Shown here piece by piece: positions 9,050 to 16,829 of a DNA stretch of 64,000 nt (its first letter is position 1; every line of letters begins with the position of its first letter). This DNA is from Halarcobacter sp. Its GTDB lineage: Bacteria > Campylobacterota > Campylobacteria > Campylobacterales > Arcobacteraceae. Both the position numbers and the translations under genes were made by a program. The notes beneath the pieces were generated by a model. It saw only the letters and a list, made by a program, of their open reading frames with translations, was not told the origin of the DNA and searched no databases. The DNA lies in the NCBI GenBank assembly GCA_963676565.1, contig OY781089.1:480001-544000 (forward strand), in the 5' to 3' direction.

Positions 9050-9210
9050 TTACTTTTTTTAGAAAAAAGTAAACAAAAAAGCGTTCACAAATTCCAAAAA
9101 AACTAAAAAATATATACAAATTCTAAAATTTGAAAACTCGGCTCGTGCCTCACCTCAGACAGTTCAAATTTCTTTACGAATTTTTATAGATTTTTATTAA
9201 CGCTTTTTTG
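9050..9210. repeat. Nested palindromic intergenic element (REP/MITE-like)
   Basis: Hairpin ttactttttt/aaaaaagtaa (9050-9072); outer IR caaaaaagcgtt (9074-9085)/aacgcttttttg (9199-9210); inner IR aaatttgaa/ttcaaattt around a GC-rich core. Confidence 0.7.
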
Positions 9211-9217
9211 AAAATGC

Positions 9218-10027
9218 TCACGTTTCATAATCAATATTTATAAACCCATTATCAGTAAGAGTTGATTGTTTAAATTTTACATCGTAAGGAATATTATCAA
9301 TTATATATTTTTTAACTTTTTCAGGCATTCTCAAACCAAATATAATGGATTCTATATTTTCTGAATTGTATTTTATTTTTAGAAATTTATCATTTTTTTC
9401 AATAGCATTTTCAATCATTTCATCTCTAGCATGTATTCTATATTCCTCTTCATATACCCATTCATCATATTTTGTTCTTACTGATTCCCATAATTCATTC
9501 TCATTTATATTGCAAGCTATATTAAATCCCTTTCCCTTAAATTCAGCTCTTAGACAATCAATCATCTTTAATGAAGGGGATTTATCTTTGTAAATAACTT
9601 TATCTATATCTCGAAAAGAACTATCTTTAAACTCTATACAAAATCCATAATGTGAATTTCCATAATGTGACCACATTAAATTACTTGTATCATTTTTTGA
9701 AACACAATAAAAGAAATATTCCTCATCAAAAAATTTATTTAAATGTATTTCATAATCTGCAATAAAAGTTAAACCTTTTGCTGTAAAATTATTTCCATTA
9801 TAATAACTCTCAAACTCATATCTTAGATTAAGATTTTGTTTACCTATTTCATTTACAAATTCTTTTATTTCAGAAACAGTAGGCTCTACAAAAACTATTT
9901 TAGAATCTAGAGGATCATTGAAATTTATTCTTGATGAAAAAACTGCATGACAATTGAATAAACCATTTATCCGAGTATCTGAACTTAAATCTTTAGTATT
10001 TTTTATCATTTGATATTTATAAAACAT
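9218..10027 (-). CDS. DUF2971-domain protein
   Basis: FNDPLD, LMWSHYGNSHYGFCIEF, TKYDEWVYEEEYR, IIFG motifs; ATG 10027 has a GGGAG SD. Confidence 0.85.
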   Translation of the reverse strand: MFYKYQMIKNTKDLSSDTRINGLFNCHAVFSSRINFNDPLDSKIVFVEPTVSEIKEFVNEIGKQNLNLRYEFESYYNGNNFTAKGLTFIADYEIHLNKFFDEEYFFYCVSKNDTSNLMWSHYGNSHYGFCIEFKDSSFRDIDKVIYKDKSPSLKMIDCLRAEFKGKGFNIACNINENELWESVRTKYDEWVYEEEYRIHARDEMIENAIEKNDKFLKIKYNSENIESIIFGLRMPEKVKKYIIDNIPYDVKFKQSTLTDNGFINIDYET

Positions 10028-10037
10028 ATTTTCTCCC

Positions 10038-10156
10038 AAAATAGTAAATTTTGTTAAAGTTCAAGGCTAGAGGATAAATTTAGGAAGGAGTTTACTGTAG
10101 TAAATGACTTTCTAAATTTTGACGATAACGCAGAAATTTGACAAAAGAACTATTTT
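10038..10156. mobile_element. ERIC-like palindromic miniature element (about 120 bp)
   Basis: Terminal IR aaaatagt/actatttt, then ttttgttaaa/tttgacaaaa, aatttagga/ttctaaatt; core GGAGTTTACtgtaGTAAATGAC plus AAGGC and AACGCA as in ERIC-type repeats. Confidence 0.65.
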
Positions 10157-11376
10157 ACTAGCGACTTTCCAGCTAAGTAACCACTAGCCCAAGCAAACTG
10201 CAAATTATATCCACCCCTATTCCCAACTATATCCAAAACTTCACCAGCTAAATAAAGCCCTTCACACTTCTTACTCTCATAAGTTTTATTATCTACCTCA
10301 TCAGTTCTAACACCTCCGCCACTTGCTTCTGCGTGTTTAAATCCTTGGGTATCAGTTACTTTCATTCGGAGATTTATTAGTGAATTAACTATTGCTCTTA
10401 TTTGTTTTGCATTTATATCTTTTGCTTTTAAATCTTTATCTATATTATTCATTTCAAATATTACAGGGGCAAGTTTATTTGAGATAATCCCCGTTAGAAG
10501 TTCACAGGCATTTTGATTTGGTAAAGATTTAAACAATGATTCAATCATCCCTAAAACTTCATTTCTATTTTGTTTTGGAAAAAGGTTTATTGAGATTTGT
10601 ACATCTTGATATAAAGACAAAGGATAAACTGCATATTGGGAGATATCAAGTATTGCAAAACCACTAACTCCATATTTAGTAAAAAGAACATCCCCAAATA
10701 TTTCATTCTCTTTTTGACCATCTATAAATAAACTAACTTGTGATTCTTTTTTTACACCTTGAACTTTTGAAGCGTATTCAAAAGAGGTTTGAAGCCCAAC
10801 AAGCGATGGATAAGTCATATTAAAACTATGCCCAAATTTACAAGCTATATTCATACCATCTTCAGTAGCTTTTAGTTGTGGAGCCGCACCAAGACCAGAA
10901 CTAATTAATACCTTGTCATATTCTTTAAATTCATTTTCTTCTGTTTTTATAAAAAACTTTCCACCTTGTTTTTCTATATCTAGTACTTTTTCATTTAAAA
11001 TTAAATTTACACCTAATGATTCAAGTGAGTTTTCTAAAAGTCTTACAACTGATTTTGCTTCATTTGATAGAGGATAAACTTTCCCATCCTCTTTTATATC
11101 AAGTAAAAGTCCAATTGATTTACAAAATTTTTCAAAGGCTTTAAAATCAAACTGTTTTAGAGCATAGGAACAAAAAGATGGATTCTCACCTATATAGTTT
11201 TCAACTTTACAATCAATATTTGAAATATTACATCTTCCGTTTCCCGAAGCAAGTATTTTTTTCCCAATACCATTATTCACATCAAAAATATCAATATCTA
11301 ATTTTTCATTTTCTCTTTTAGCTGTAATAGCTGCTATAATCCCCGCTGCACCTGCGCCAACAATTGCGATTTTCAA
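10150..11376 (-). CDS. HI0933/BaiN-family FAD-dependent oxidoreductase
   Basis: GAGAAG, KILASGNGRCN, GEVLDIVGNRGGYNLQFAWASG; likely start TTG 11376 behind AAAGG. Confidence 0.93.
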   Translation of the reverse strand: MKIAIVGAGAAGIIAAITAKRENEKLDIDIFDVNNGIGKKILASGNGRCNISNIDCKVENYIGENPSFCSYALKQFDFKAFEKFCKSIGLLLDIKEDGKVYPLSNEAKSVVRLLENSLESLGVNLILNEKVLDIEKQGGKFFIKTEENEFKEYDKVLISSGLGAAPQLKATEDGMNIACKFGHSFNMTYPSLVGLQTSFEYASKVQGVKKESQVSLFIDGQKENEIFGDVLFTKYGVSGFAILDISQYAVYPLSLYQDVQISINLFPKQNRNEVLGMIESLFKSLPNQNACELLTGIISNKLAPVIFEMNNIDKDLKAKDINAKQIRAIVNSLINLRMKVTDTQGFKHAEASGGGVRTDEVDNKTYESKKCEGLYLAGEVLDIVGNRGGYNLQFAWASGYLAGKSLVK

Positions 11377-11442
11377 TATATACCTTTCTTTATAAAATCT
11401 GATTATACAATTTTTAATGTAAATATGAGTTTTTAAAAAGCA

Positions 11443-11459
11443 CTGGTACACTTTTTGCA
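11443..11459 (+). promoter_or_regulatory. Sigma54 (RpoN)-type -24/-12 promoter
   Basis: CTGGTACACTTTTTGCA, GG-N10-GC with TTGC, about 33 nt before the AAA ATPase start. Confidence 0.7.
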
Positions 11460-11491
11460 AACATAGACTTAGTCCAATACTAAGGAACTTT

Positions 11492-12493
11492 ATGACTCCT
11501 CAAAATACAAAGCATGCCATTTCACATCTTGTAAACAGAAAGATTCCTATTTTCTTGTGGGGTCCTCCTGGTATTGGAAAATCATCCATCGTAGCCCAAA
11601 TTGCAAAAGACAAAGGTATTGACTGTATAGATTTAAGACTTTCCCTTCTTGATCCTACAGACCTTAGAGGTATTCCATTTTTTAATTCAAACAATGACTC
11701 TGCAGTTTGGGCTCCCCCTTCATTTTTGCCAGATGGTACGGTAAAAGAAGGAATTTTATTTTTAGACGAATTAAACACAGCTGCTCCAATGGTTCAAGCA
11801 TCAGCTTATCAACTAATACTTGATAGAAAAATTGGTGAGTATCACCTTCCTGATGGTTGGTCAATAGTTGCAGCAGGTAATAGAGAAAGTGATAGAGGTG
11901 TAGTATTTAGAATGGCTTCACCTTTAGCAAACAGATTTGTACACCTTGAAATGGAGCCATATGTAGAAGATTGGCAAATATGGGCAAAACAAAATAATAT
12001 TGATACTTCAATAATAGCTTTTATATCTTATAGACCCGATGCACTTTTTACATTTAACACCCAAAATGATGAAAAAGCCTTTGCAACTCCAAGAACTTGG
12101 GAGTATGTAAACGAAATCTTATTATCAGATCCAATTGATGACCTACTTCTAACAATGATAGCAGGTGCTATTGGTGAAGAATTAGCTGCTTCATTCTTAG
12201 CATTTAAAGCTGTTGAAAAATCCTTACCAAATATGAATGAGATTTTAAATGGAACGGGTGAAGATGTTCCAACTGAAACCTCTGCACTACATATTTTATG
12301 TACCTCACTATCTATGAGAATAGATGATGAATCTTCAACAGATGAACTAAACAATCTTTTAGGCTATACTTTAAAACTTCCTGGTGAATTTGCTGTTATG
12401 ATAATCCAAGATTTAAGACAAAGAAATATTGAAGTTGACTATTTAAAAAATTGGCCATTGTGGTTAAAAAACTTTAATAAACTATTACACTAA
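11492..12493 (+). CDS. MoxR-like AAA+ ATPase
   Basis: Walker A GPPGIGKS, Walker B LFLDE, AAGN, LANRF, TPRTW. Confidence 0.92.
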   Translation: MTPQNTKHAISHLVNRKIPIFLWGPPGIGKSSIVAQIAKDKGIDCIDLRLSLLDPTDLRGIPFFNSNNDSAVWAPPSFLPDGTVKEGILFLDELNTAAPMVQASAYQLILDRKIGEYHLPDGWSIVAAGNRESDRGVVFRMASPLANRFVHLEMEPYVEDWQIWAKQNNIDTSIIAFISYRPDALFTFNTQNDEKAFATPRTWEYVNEILLSDPIDDLLLTMIAGAIGEELAASFLAFKAVEKSLPNMNEILNGTGEDVPTETSALHILCTSLSMRIDDESSTDELNNLLGYTLKLPGEFAVMIIQDLRQRNIEVDYLKNWPLWLKNFNKLLH

Positions 12494-12507
12494 GAGTTCC
12501 ATTTATT

Positions 12508-13656
12508 ATGGATGCAAATACCCTTTTAGTAAAAGCAAAAAGCCAACTAACAACCCAACATCCATATTTTGGAATGTTAGCTTCAAGATTAAAACATGAA
12601 GAGGATGAAAATATAAGTTATTACGCTAGTAATGGTGTAAGATTTAAATATAATCCTACATTTATAGAATCTTGTTCAAAAGATGAATTAAAATTTATCC
12701 TTACAAATTGTGTGATGCACCATATTTTATCCCATCAACAAAGAAAGTTAAACAGAAAAGGTATGCTTTGGCAACTTGCAACTGATTTTGCAATCAATAA
12801 TCTTCTTAAAAAAAGTGGTCTTAAAATCCCTAAGGGTGCTAATTACAATAAAGAATTTAAAAATATGTATTCTGAGGAGATTTATGAAATACTAAAAGAG
12901 GAAGTTGAACTTCAAGGTGCAAATGCCTTTGATGACAAACTTGATAAAACAGATAATACTTTAGTAAACTCAAATGAAGAGATGAAAAATTCTATCTTTA
13001 AAAATATAGATAAAATAGATCAAGAACTAGATGAAAGAGATGAAGAGAATTGGGAATATGCAGCAACTCTAGCAAAAGAAGTAGCCCAAAGAAAATCTTT
13101 GATGCCTAGTGGCTTTGAACGATTTGCAAAAAAGATGAAGGCTAATAATATTGATTGGCGATTTGAACTTTATAATGCAATCAATAAACATATGAGAAAC
13201 AACTATGCTTTTATGCCCCCTAATAAAAAACATATCCATAGAGGAATTGCCCTGCCAAGCCTTACTAGCGATACATTAAGTCTTGTGGTTGCAATTGATA
13301 CCTCAGGAAGTATTAAAGAGGAATTATTAGGTCTCTTTACAGAAGAGTTTAAATCAATCATGCAAAATTTTCCAGCTATTTCAATTGAACTAATAATTGC
13401 AGATGCTAAAGTTCAAGGACACTATAGTTTTAGAGGTGGTGATAAATTAGATTTTCCACTAAAAGGTGGTGGAGGAACAGATTATAGACCTGTTTTTGAG
13501 TTTATTGATGCAAATTTACCAATGAGTTCTATGCTTTTATATTTTACTGATGGTGAAGGGATTTTTCCAAGAATCCCACCATCATATGAAGTTTTATGGG
13601 CATTAAGTGCAAATAAAAACAAAATACCCTTTGGAAGAAAACTACTTTTAATCTAA
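12508..13656 (+). CDS. DUF2201-type protein: metallopeptidase-like N-domain plus vWA domain
   Basis: PYFG..., WQLATDFAIN, MIDAS IDTSGS, GGGGTDYRP, YFTDG; the HExxH position reads NCVMH. Confidence 0.88.
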   Translation: MDANTLLVKAKSQLTTQHPYFGMLASRLKHEEDENISYYASNGVRFKYNPTFIESCSKDELKFILTNCVMHHILSHQQRKLNRKGMLWQLATDFAINNLLKKSGLKIPKGANYNKEFKNMYSEEIYEILKEEVELQGANAFDDKLDKTDNTLVNSNEEMKNSIFKNIDKIDQELDERDEENWEYAATLAKEVAQRKSLMPSGFERFAKKMKANNIDWRFELYNAINKHMRNNYAFMPPNKKHIHRGIALPSLTSDTLSLVVAIDTSGSIKEELLGLFTEEFKSIMQNFPAISIELIIADAKVQGHYSFRGGDKLDFPLKGGGGTDYRPVFEFIDANLPMSSMLLYFTDGEGIFPRIPPSYEVLWALSANKNKIPFGRKLLLI

Positions 13657-13660
13657 TTTT

Positions 13661-14971
13661 TTAATTCAATCCCAAAATTTCAAACTGTAAATACCAAATT
13701 GCAATAGATACAAAATATCCTAACAAAATTGTCCATGCATATTTAAAATGAGCCCCAAAAGTGTAAATACCTTTTAATTTACCCATAACTCCAACACCTG
13801 CTGCACTACCAAAAGAGATTAAAGAACCACCAATACCAGCAGTAAGGGTAACTAACATCCAATTTGAAAGATCCATATCAGGATTTGCTTTTAAAATTGC
13901 AGACATAACAGGAACATTATCAACTAAAGCAGATAAAAAACCAACAGCTATATTTGCCATTGTAGGTCCTAAATAATCATCACGGTAAACAATCGAAGCA
14001 AGACTTAACCATCCAATAAAATATAAAGCACCAACGGCTGCCAAAATACCAAAGAAAAATAAAAGTGTGTTGTTTTCAATTTTTGCCATTGATTCAAAAA
14101 CATTAAAATGCTCTTTCCCAAATCTTTTTGTTAATTTATATGAGTGTAGTTTTAGAAGCACTAAACCAAACATCATACCCCACATTGCAGGGAAATCTAA
14201 AACTTGATGAGAGATTACAGCACAAATAATAGTTACAATTCCTAAAAAGATAATAATTGTCGCACCCTCTTTCATCTCTGGCTTTTCCTCTTTGTCGGCA
14301 TCAAAATGTGGTTTTGTATCAGGTACTACCCTTGAAAGTAAAAATGCCGTAACTAAATAACCCATAATAGATGAAGGGAATAAAAATAAAAAATCTACAA
14401 AGTGTGCTTTTCCTGCTGTCCATGCCATTAAAGTTGTAATATCACCAAAGGGAGACCAAGCTCCACCAGCATTTGCAGCAACAACAATATTGATAGCCCC
14501 AGGGACTAAAAACTCTTTTTTAGTTTTTTCAATAGTGATTAAAACAGTTGAAAGAATAAGTGCAGTTGTAAGGTTATCAGCAATAGGAGAAATGAAAAAT
14601 GCTAAAAATCCAGTAACCCAAAAAAGTTTTCTATATGTAAAACCCTTTGAGATTAAATTATACTTCAATCTGTCAAAAACACCCATATGAATCAAAGACT
14701 CAATATATGTCATTGCAACAAAAAGGAAAAAAACGATTTCTGCTATCTCTAAGATAACAGCCTCTGCCTCATCATGGACATGATGGATATTTAATCCATT
14801 TATGTAATAGTAAATTGCAATTAATATAAATGAGACAATACCTATAAACAAAGCAGGAACAGATTTATCAATTTCATACTTTTCTTCATTCGCAATAAAA
14901 TAGTACCCAATAATAAAAATGAAAAGTACTAAAAATCCAATCCAACTCATAGTTAAATTTAATAATTCCAT
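13661..14971 (-). CDS. nhaD: Na+/H+ antiporter NhaD
   Basis: SPIADNLTTAL, AANAGGAWSPFGDITT, VDNVP, GGSLISFGSAAGV. Confidence 0.93.
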   Translation of the reverse strand: MELLNLTMSWIGFLVLFIFIIGYYFIANEEKYEIDKSVPALFIGIVSFILIAIYYYINGLNIHHVHDEAEAVILEIAEIVFFLFVAMTYIESLIHMGVFDRLKYNLISKGFTYRKLFWVTGFLAFFISPIADNLTTALILSTVLITIEKTKKEFLVPGAINIVVAANAGGAWSPFGDITTLMAWTAGKAHFVDFLFLFPSSIMGYLVTAFLLSRVVPDTKPHFDADKEEKPEMKEGATIIIFLGIVTIICAVISHQVLDFPAMWGMMFGLVLLKLHSYKLTKRFGKEHFNVFESMAKIENNTLLFFFGILAAVGALYFIGWLSLASIVYRDDYLGPTMANIAVGFLSALVDNVPVMSAILKANPDMDLSNWMLVTLTAGIGGSLISFGSAAGVGVMGKLKGIYTFGAHFKYAWTILLGYFVSIAIWYLQFEILGLN

Positions 14972-14981
14972 AAAAAAACTC

Positions 14982-16136
14982 CTATTTTTTGTAGCCTCGT
15001 ATAATTAAAAATGCTACAAATGAGATAAATGCTAAACTAGTTCCAATTGGGACAAGTGAGTCACCATGGGATAAAACTCCTAATGATGAAATAATAGCAC
15101 CTAAACCAAATTGTAAAACACCAACTACTCCAGAGGCAACACCTGCATTTTTTTTAAAATGCTCCAATGCTAAAGCCATACAGTTACCAAATATAAATGC
15201 CATCATACTCATATACCCAGCCATTAAAGCCATTGTCAAAGGTAAGGTTTGAATATCAGCAGTTAAAGCCCATAAAATTGCAATAAACACTTGAATAATT
15301 AAACTAGTTTTGATTAAAAATAAAGGGGTATTAGATTTTAGAAAATATAAATTAACTCTTATCATTGCAATTAATATTACAAAATTAAACCCAAAAAAGA
15401 AAGGAAAATGGTCGGTTGAAACCCCATAATGTTCAATAAAAATAAAAGAGGACTTTGAAATAAAAATAAAAAATCCTGAAAATCCTAAAGATAAAGTCAA
15501 CATTGCTTTCATAGCAGTTTTATGACTAAGAACTATTTTATAAGAGTTATAGATACCTTGTTTCACATAGGTAAAACTTTCATCTAAATCTTTATAAACT
15601 AAAAAGGCTACAAATAGAGCATACAAAGTTAAAAATAAAAATACAGCTTCCCATGAATAAAAATGTATAATTAAGGAACCAATTGCAGGGGCTATAAGTG
15701 GAGCAATACTTCTAATTGTACCAATTAATGATAAAACCTTTGCAGCTTCTTGTCCATGAAATCTATCCCTTACTGTTGCCATTGCATTAACAACTACTAT
15801 TCCACCAAAAAATGCTTCAATAAATCTAAAAATCCATAGTTGATAAACATTTGCACTAAAAATCATAATAAAACTAAATAATGCAAACCCTAAAAGACCA
15901 AAAAGTGAACTTTTTCTTCTTCCTAATCTATCTGACATTGGACCACCAAAAATTTGTCCAACTGAAAAACCTATCAAAAAGATTGAGAGTGTTAATTCTA
16001 TTTTTTCAATACTAACATGAAAGGCCTCAGCTATATTTGGGATTGAGGGGATATAAGTATCAGTTGCAATTGGTGCAACTGAAGAGAGTATTGATAATAA
16101 TATAATTAAGTAGATATGATTTATCGCTTTTTTCAT
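14982..16136 (-). CDS. Bcr/CflA-family MFS drug efflux transporter
   Basis: TDTYIPS, GQIFGGPMSDRLGRR, APLIAPAIG. Confidence 0.9.
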   Translation of the reverse strand: MKKAINHIYLIILLSILSSVAPIATDTYIPSIPNIAEAFHVSIEKIELTLSIFLIGFSVGQIFGGPMSDRLGRRKSSLFGLLGFALFSFIMIFSANVYQLWIFRFIEAFFGGIVVVNAMATVRDRFHGQEAAKVLSLIGTIRSIAPLIAPAIGSLIIHFYSWEAVFLFLTLYALFVAFLVYKDLDESFTYVKQGIYNSYKIVLSHKTAMKAMLTLSLGFSGFFIFISKSSFIFIEHYGVSTDHFPFFFGFNFVILIAMIRVNLYFLKSNTPLFLIKTSLIIQVFIAILWALTADIQTLPLTMALMAGYMSMMAFIFGNCMALALEHFKKNAGVASGVVGVLQFGLGAIISSLGVLSHGDSLVPIGTSLAFISFVAFLIIRGYKK

Positions 16137-16570
16137 TATTCATAATCCTTTACACCCTCATCAACTTTATTTAAAAGTCTAAAAAGTGTTTCCCTTTCAT
16201 CTTCATCTAATTTTGAAACTAGTGCTTCCCTAAACTTACGTGTACTTTCTTGAGAAGCTTTCAAAGTCTCTTCCCCTTTTTTTGTCAAAACAATAAAACT
16301 TACTCTTTTATCATCCTTACTTAATGCTTTTTTTATAAGTTCTTTTTTTTCTAATGTCCTTAATGTTCTGCTAATAGTAGTTTTATCTTTTGATAAAGTG
16401 TTTGAGATTTTTGTTAAAGTAGCCTCTTTTTCTTGAAATATAATCTCTAGTGTAACCCTTTGCTCAATAGCTATATCAAAAGGTTGAAGCATATGATTAA
16501 ATAAACTATTCAAATTATTTGCAACCTTGTTAATTTTAAATCCTATTGATTTTTCTAAAGTAATTTCCAT
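16136..16570 (-). CDS. MarR-family transcriptional regulator (paralog of 6958-7374)
   Basis: KDKTTISRTLRTLEKKELI, DDKRVSFIVLTKKG. Confidence 0.93.
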   Translation of the reverse strand: MEITLEKSIGFKINKVANNLNSLFNHMLQPFDIAIEQRVTLEIIFQEKEATLTKISNTLSKDKTTISRTLRTLEKKELIKKALSKDDKRVSFIVLTKKGEETLKASQESTRKFREALVSKLDEDERETLFRLLNKVDEGVKDYE

Positions 16571-16583
16571 CTAAAACCTTTAA

Positions 16584-16610
16584 TTGTATATACAACTATT
16601 GCATATGCAA
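16584..16610. promoter_or_regulatory. Tandem palindromic MarR operator TTGTATATACAA / TTGCATATGCAA
   Basis: Same sequence, 3-nt spacing and distance to start codon as 6918-6944. Confidence 0.75.
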
Positions 16611-16665
16611 CCTTATTTCTTAATAAAAGTTGTTCATTAATTTCTTCATTTTATAGCTAATTAGA

Positions 16666-16690
16666 ATACTATACTAATTTAATAAGGTAT
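16666..16690. promoter_or_regulatory. Putative Rrf2 (CymR/IscR-type) operator, copy 1
   Basis: ATACTATACTAATTTAATAAGGTAT, 25-bp imperfect palindrome; second copy at 16767-16787. Confidence 0.55.
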
Positions 16691-16749
16691 AAATTATAAC
16701 CTCTAAAGTACCATAAAATAGTTATTTTAAATATTTAGTATCAATTTAC

Positions 16750-16787
16750 TTGACATTTATTTAGAAATACTATACAATTTCAATAAG
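16750..16787 (+). promoter_or_regulatory. Sigma70 promoter of the sulfur assimilation operon, overlapped by operator copy 2
   Basis: TTGACA (16750-16755)-N17-TACAAT (16773-16778); ATACTATACAATTTCAATAAG covers the -10. Confidence 0.7.
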
Positions 16788-16829
16788 AATTAAAATAATA
16801 GACTTTACAAAAGGTAAATGGAGGAATAT

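Noticed and set aside
9050..10156. Integron attC cassette interpretation
   Set aside because: The two flanking elements differ from each other, I could not place RYYYAAC/GTTRRRY ends in cassette geometry, and no integrase lies in the window.
11377..11460. Extended N-termini in the ORF track (11460; likewise 21365, 42979, 48823, 56260, 57772)
   Set aside because: Downstream starts have SD sequences and coincide with the first family motif or signal peptide; the longer versions overlap neighbours or promoters.
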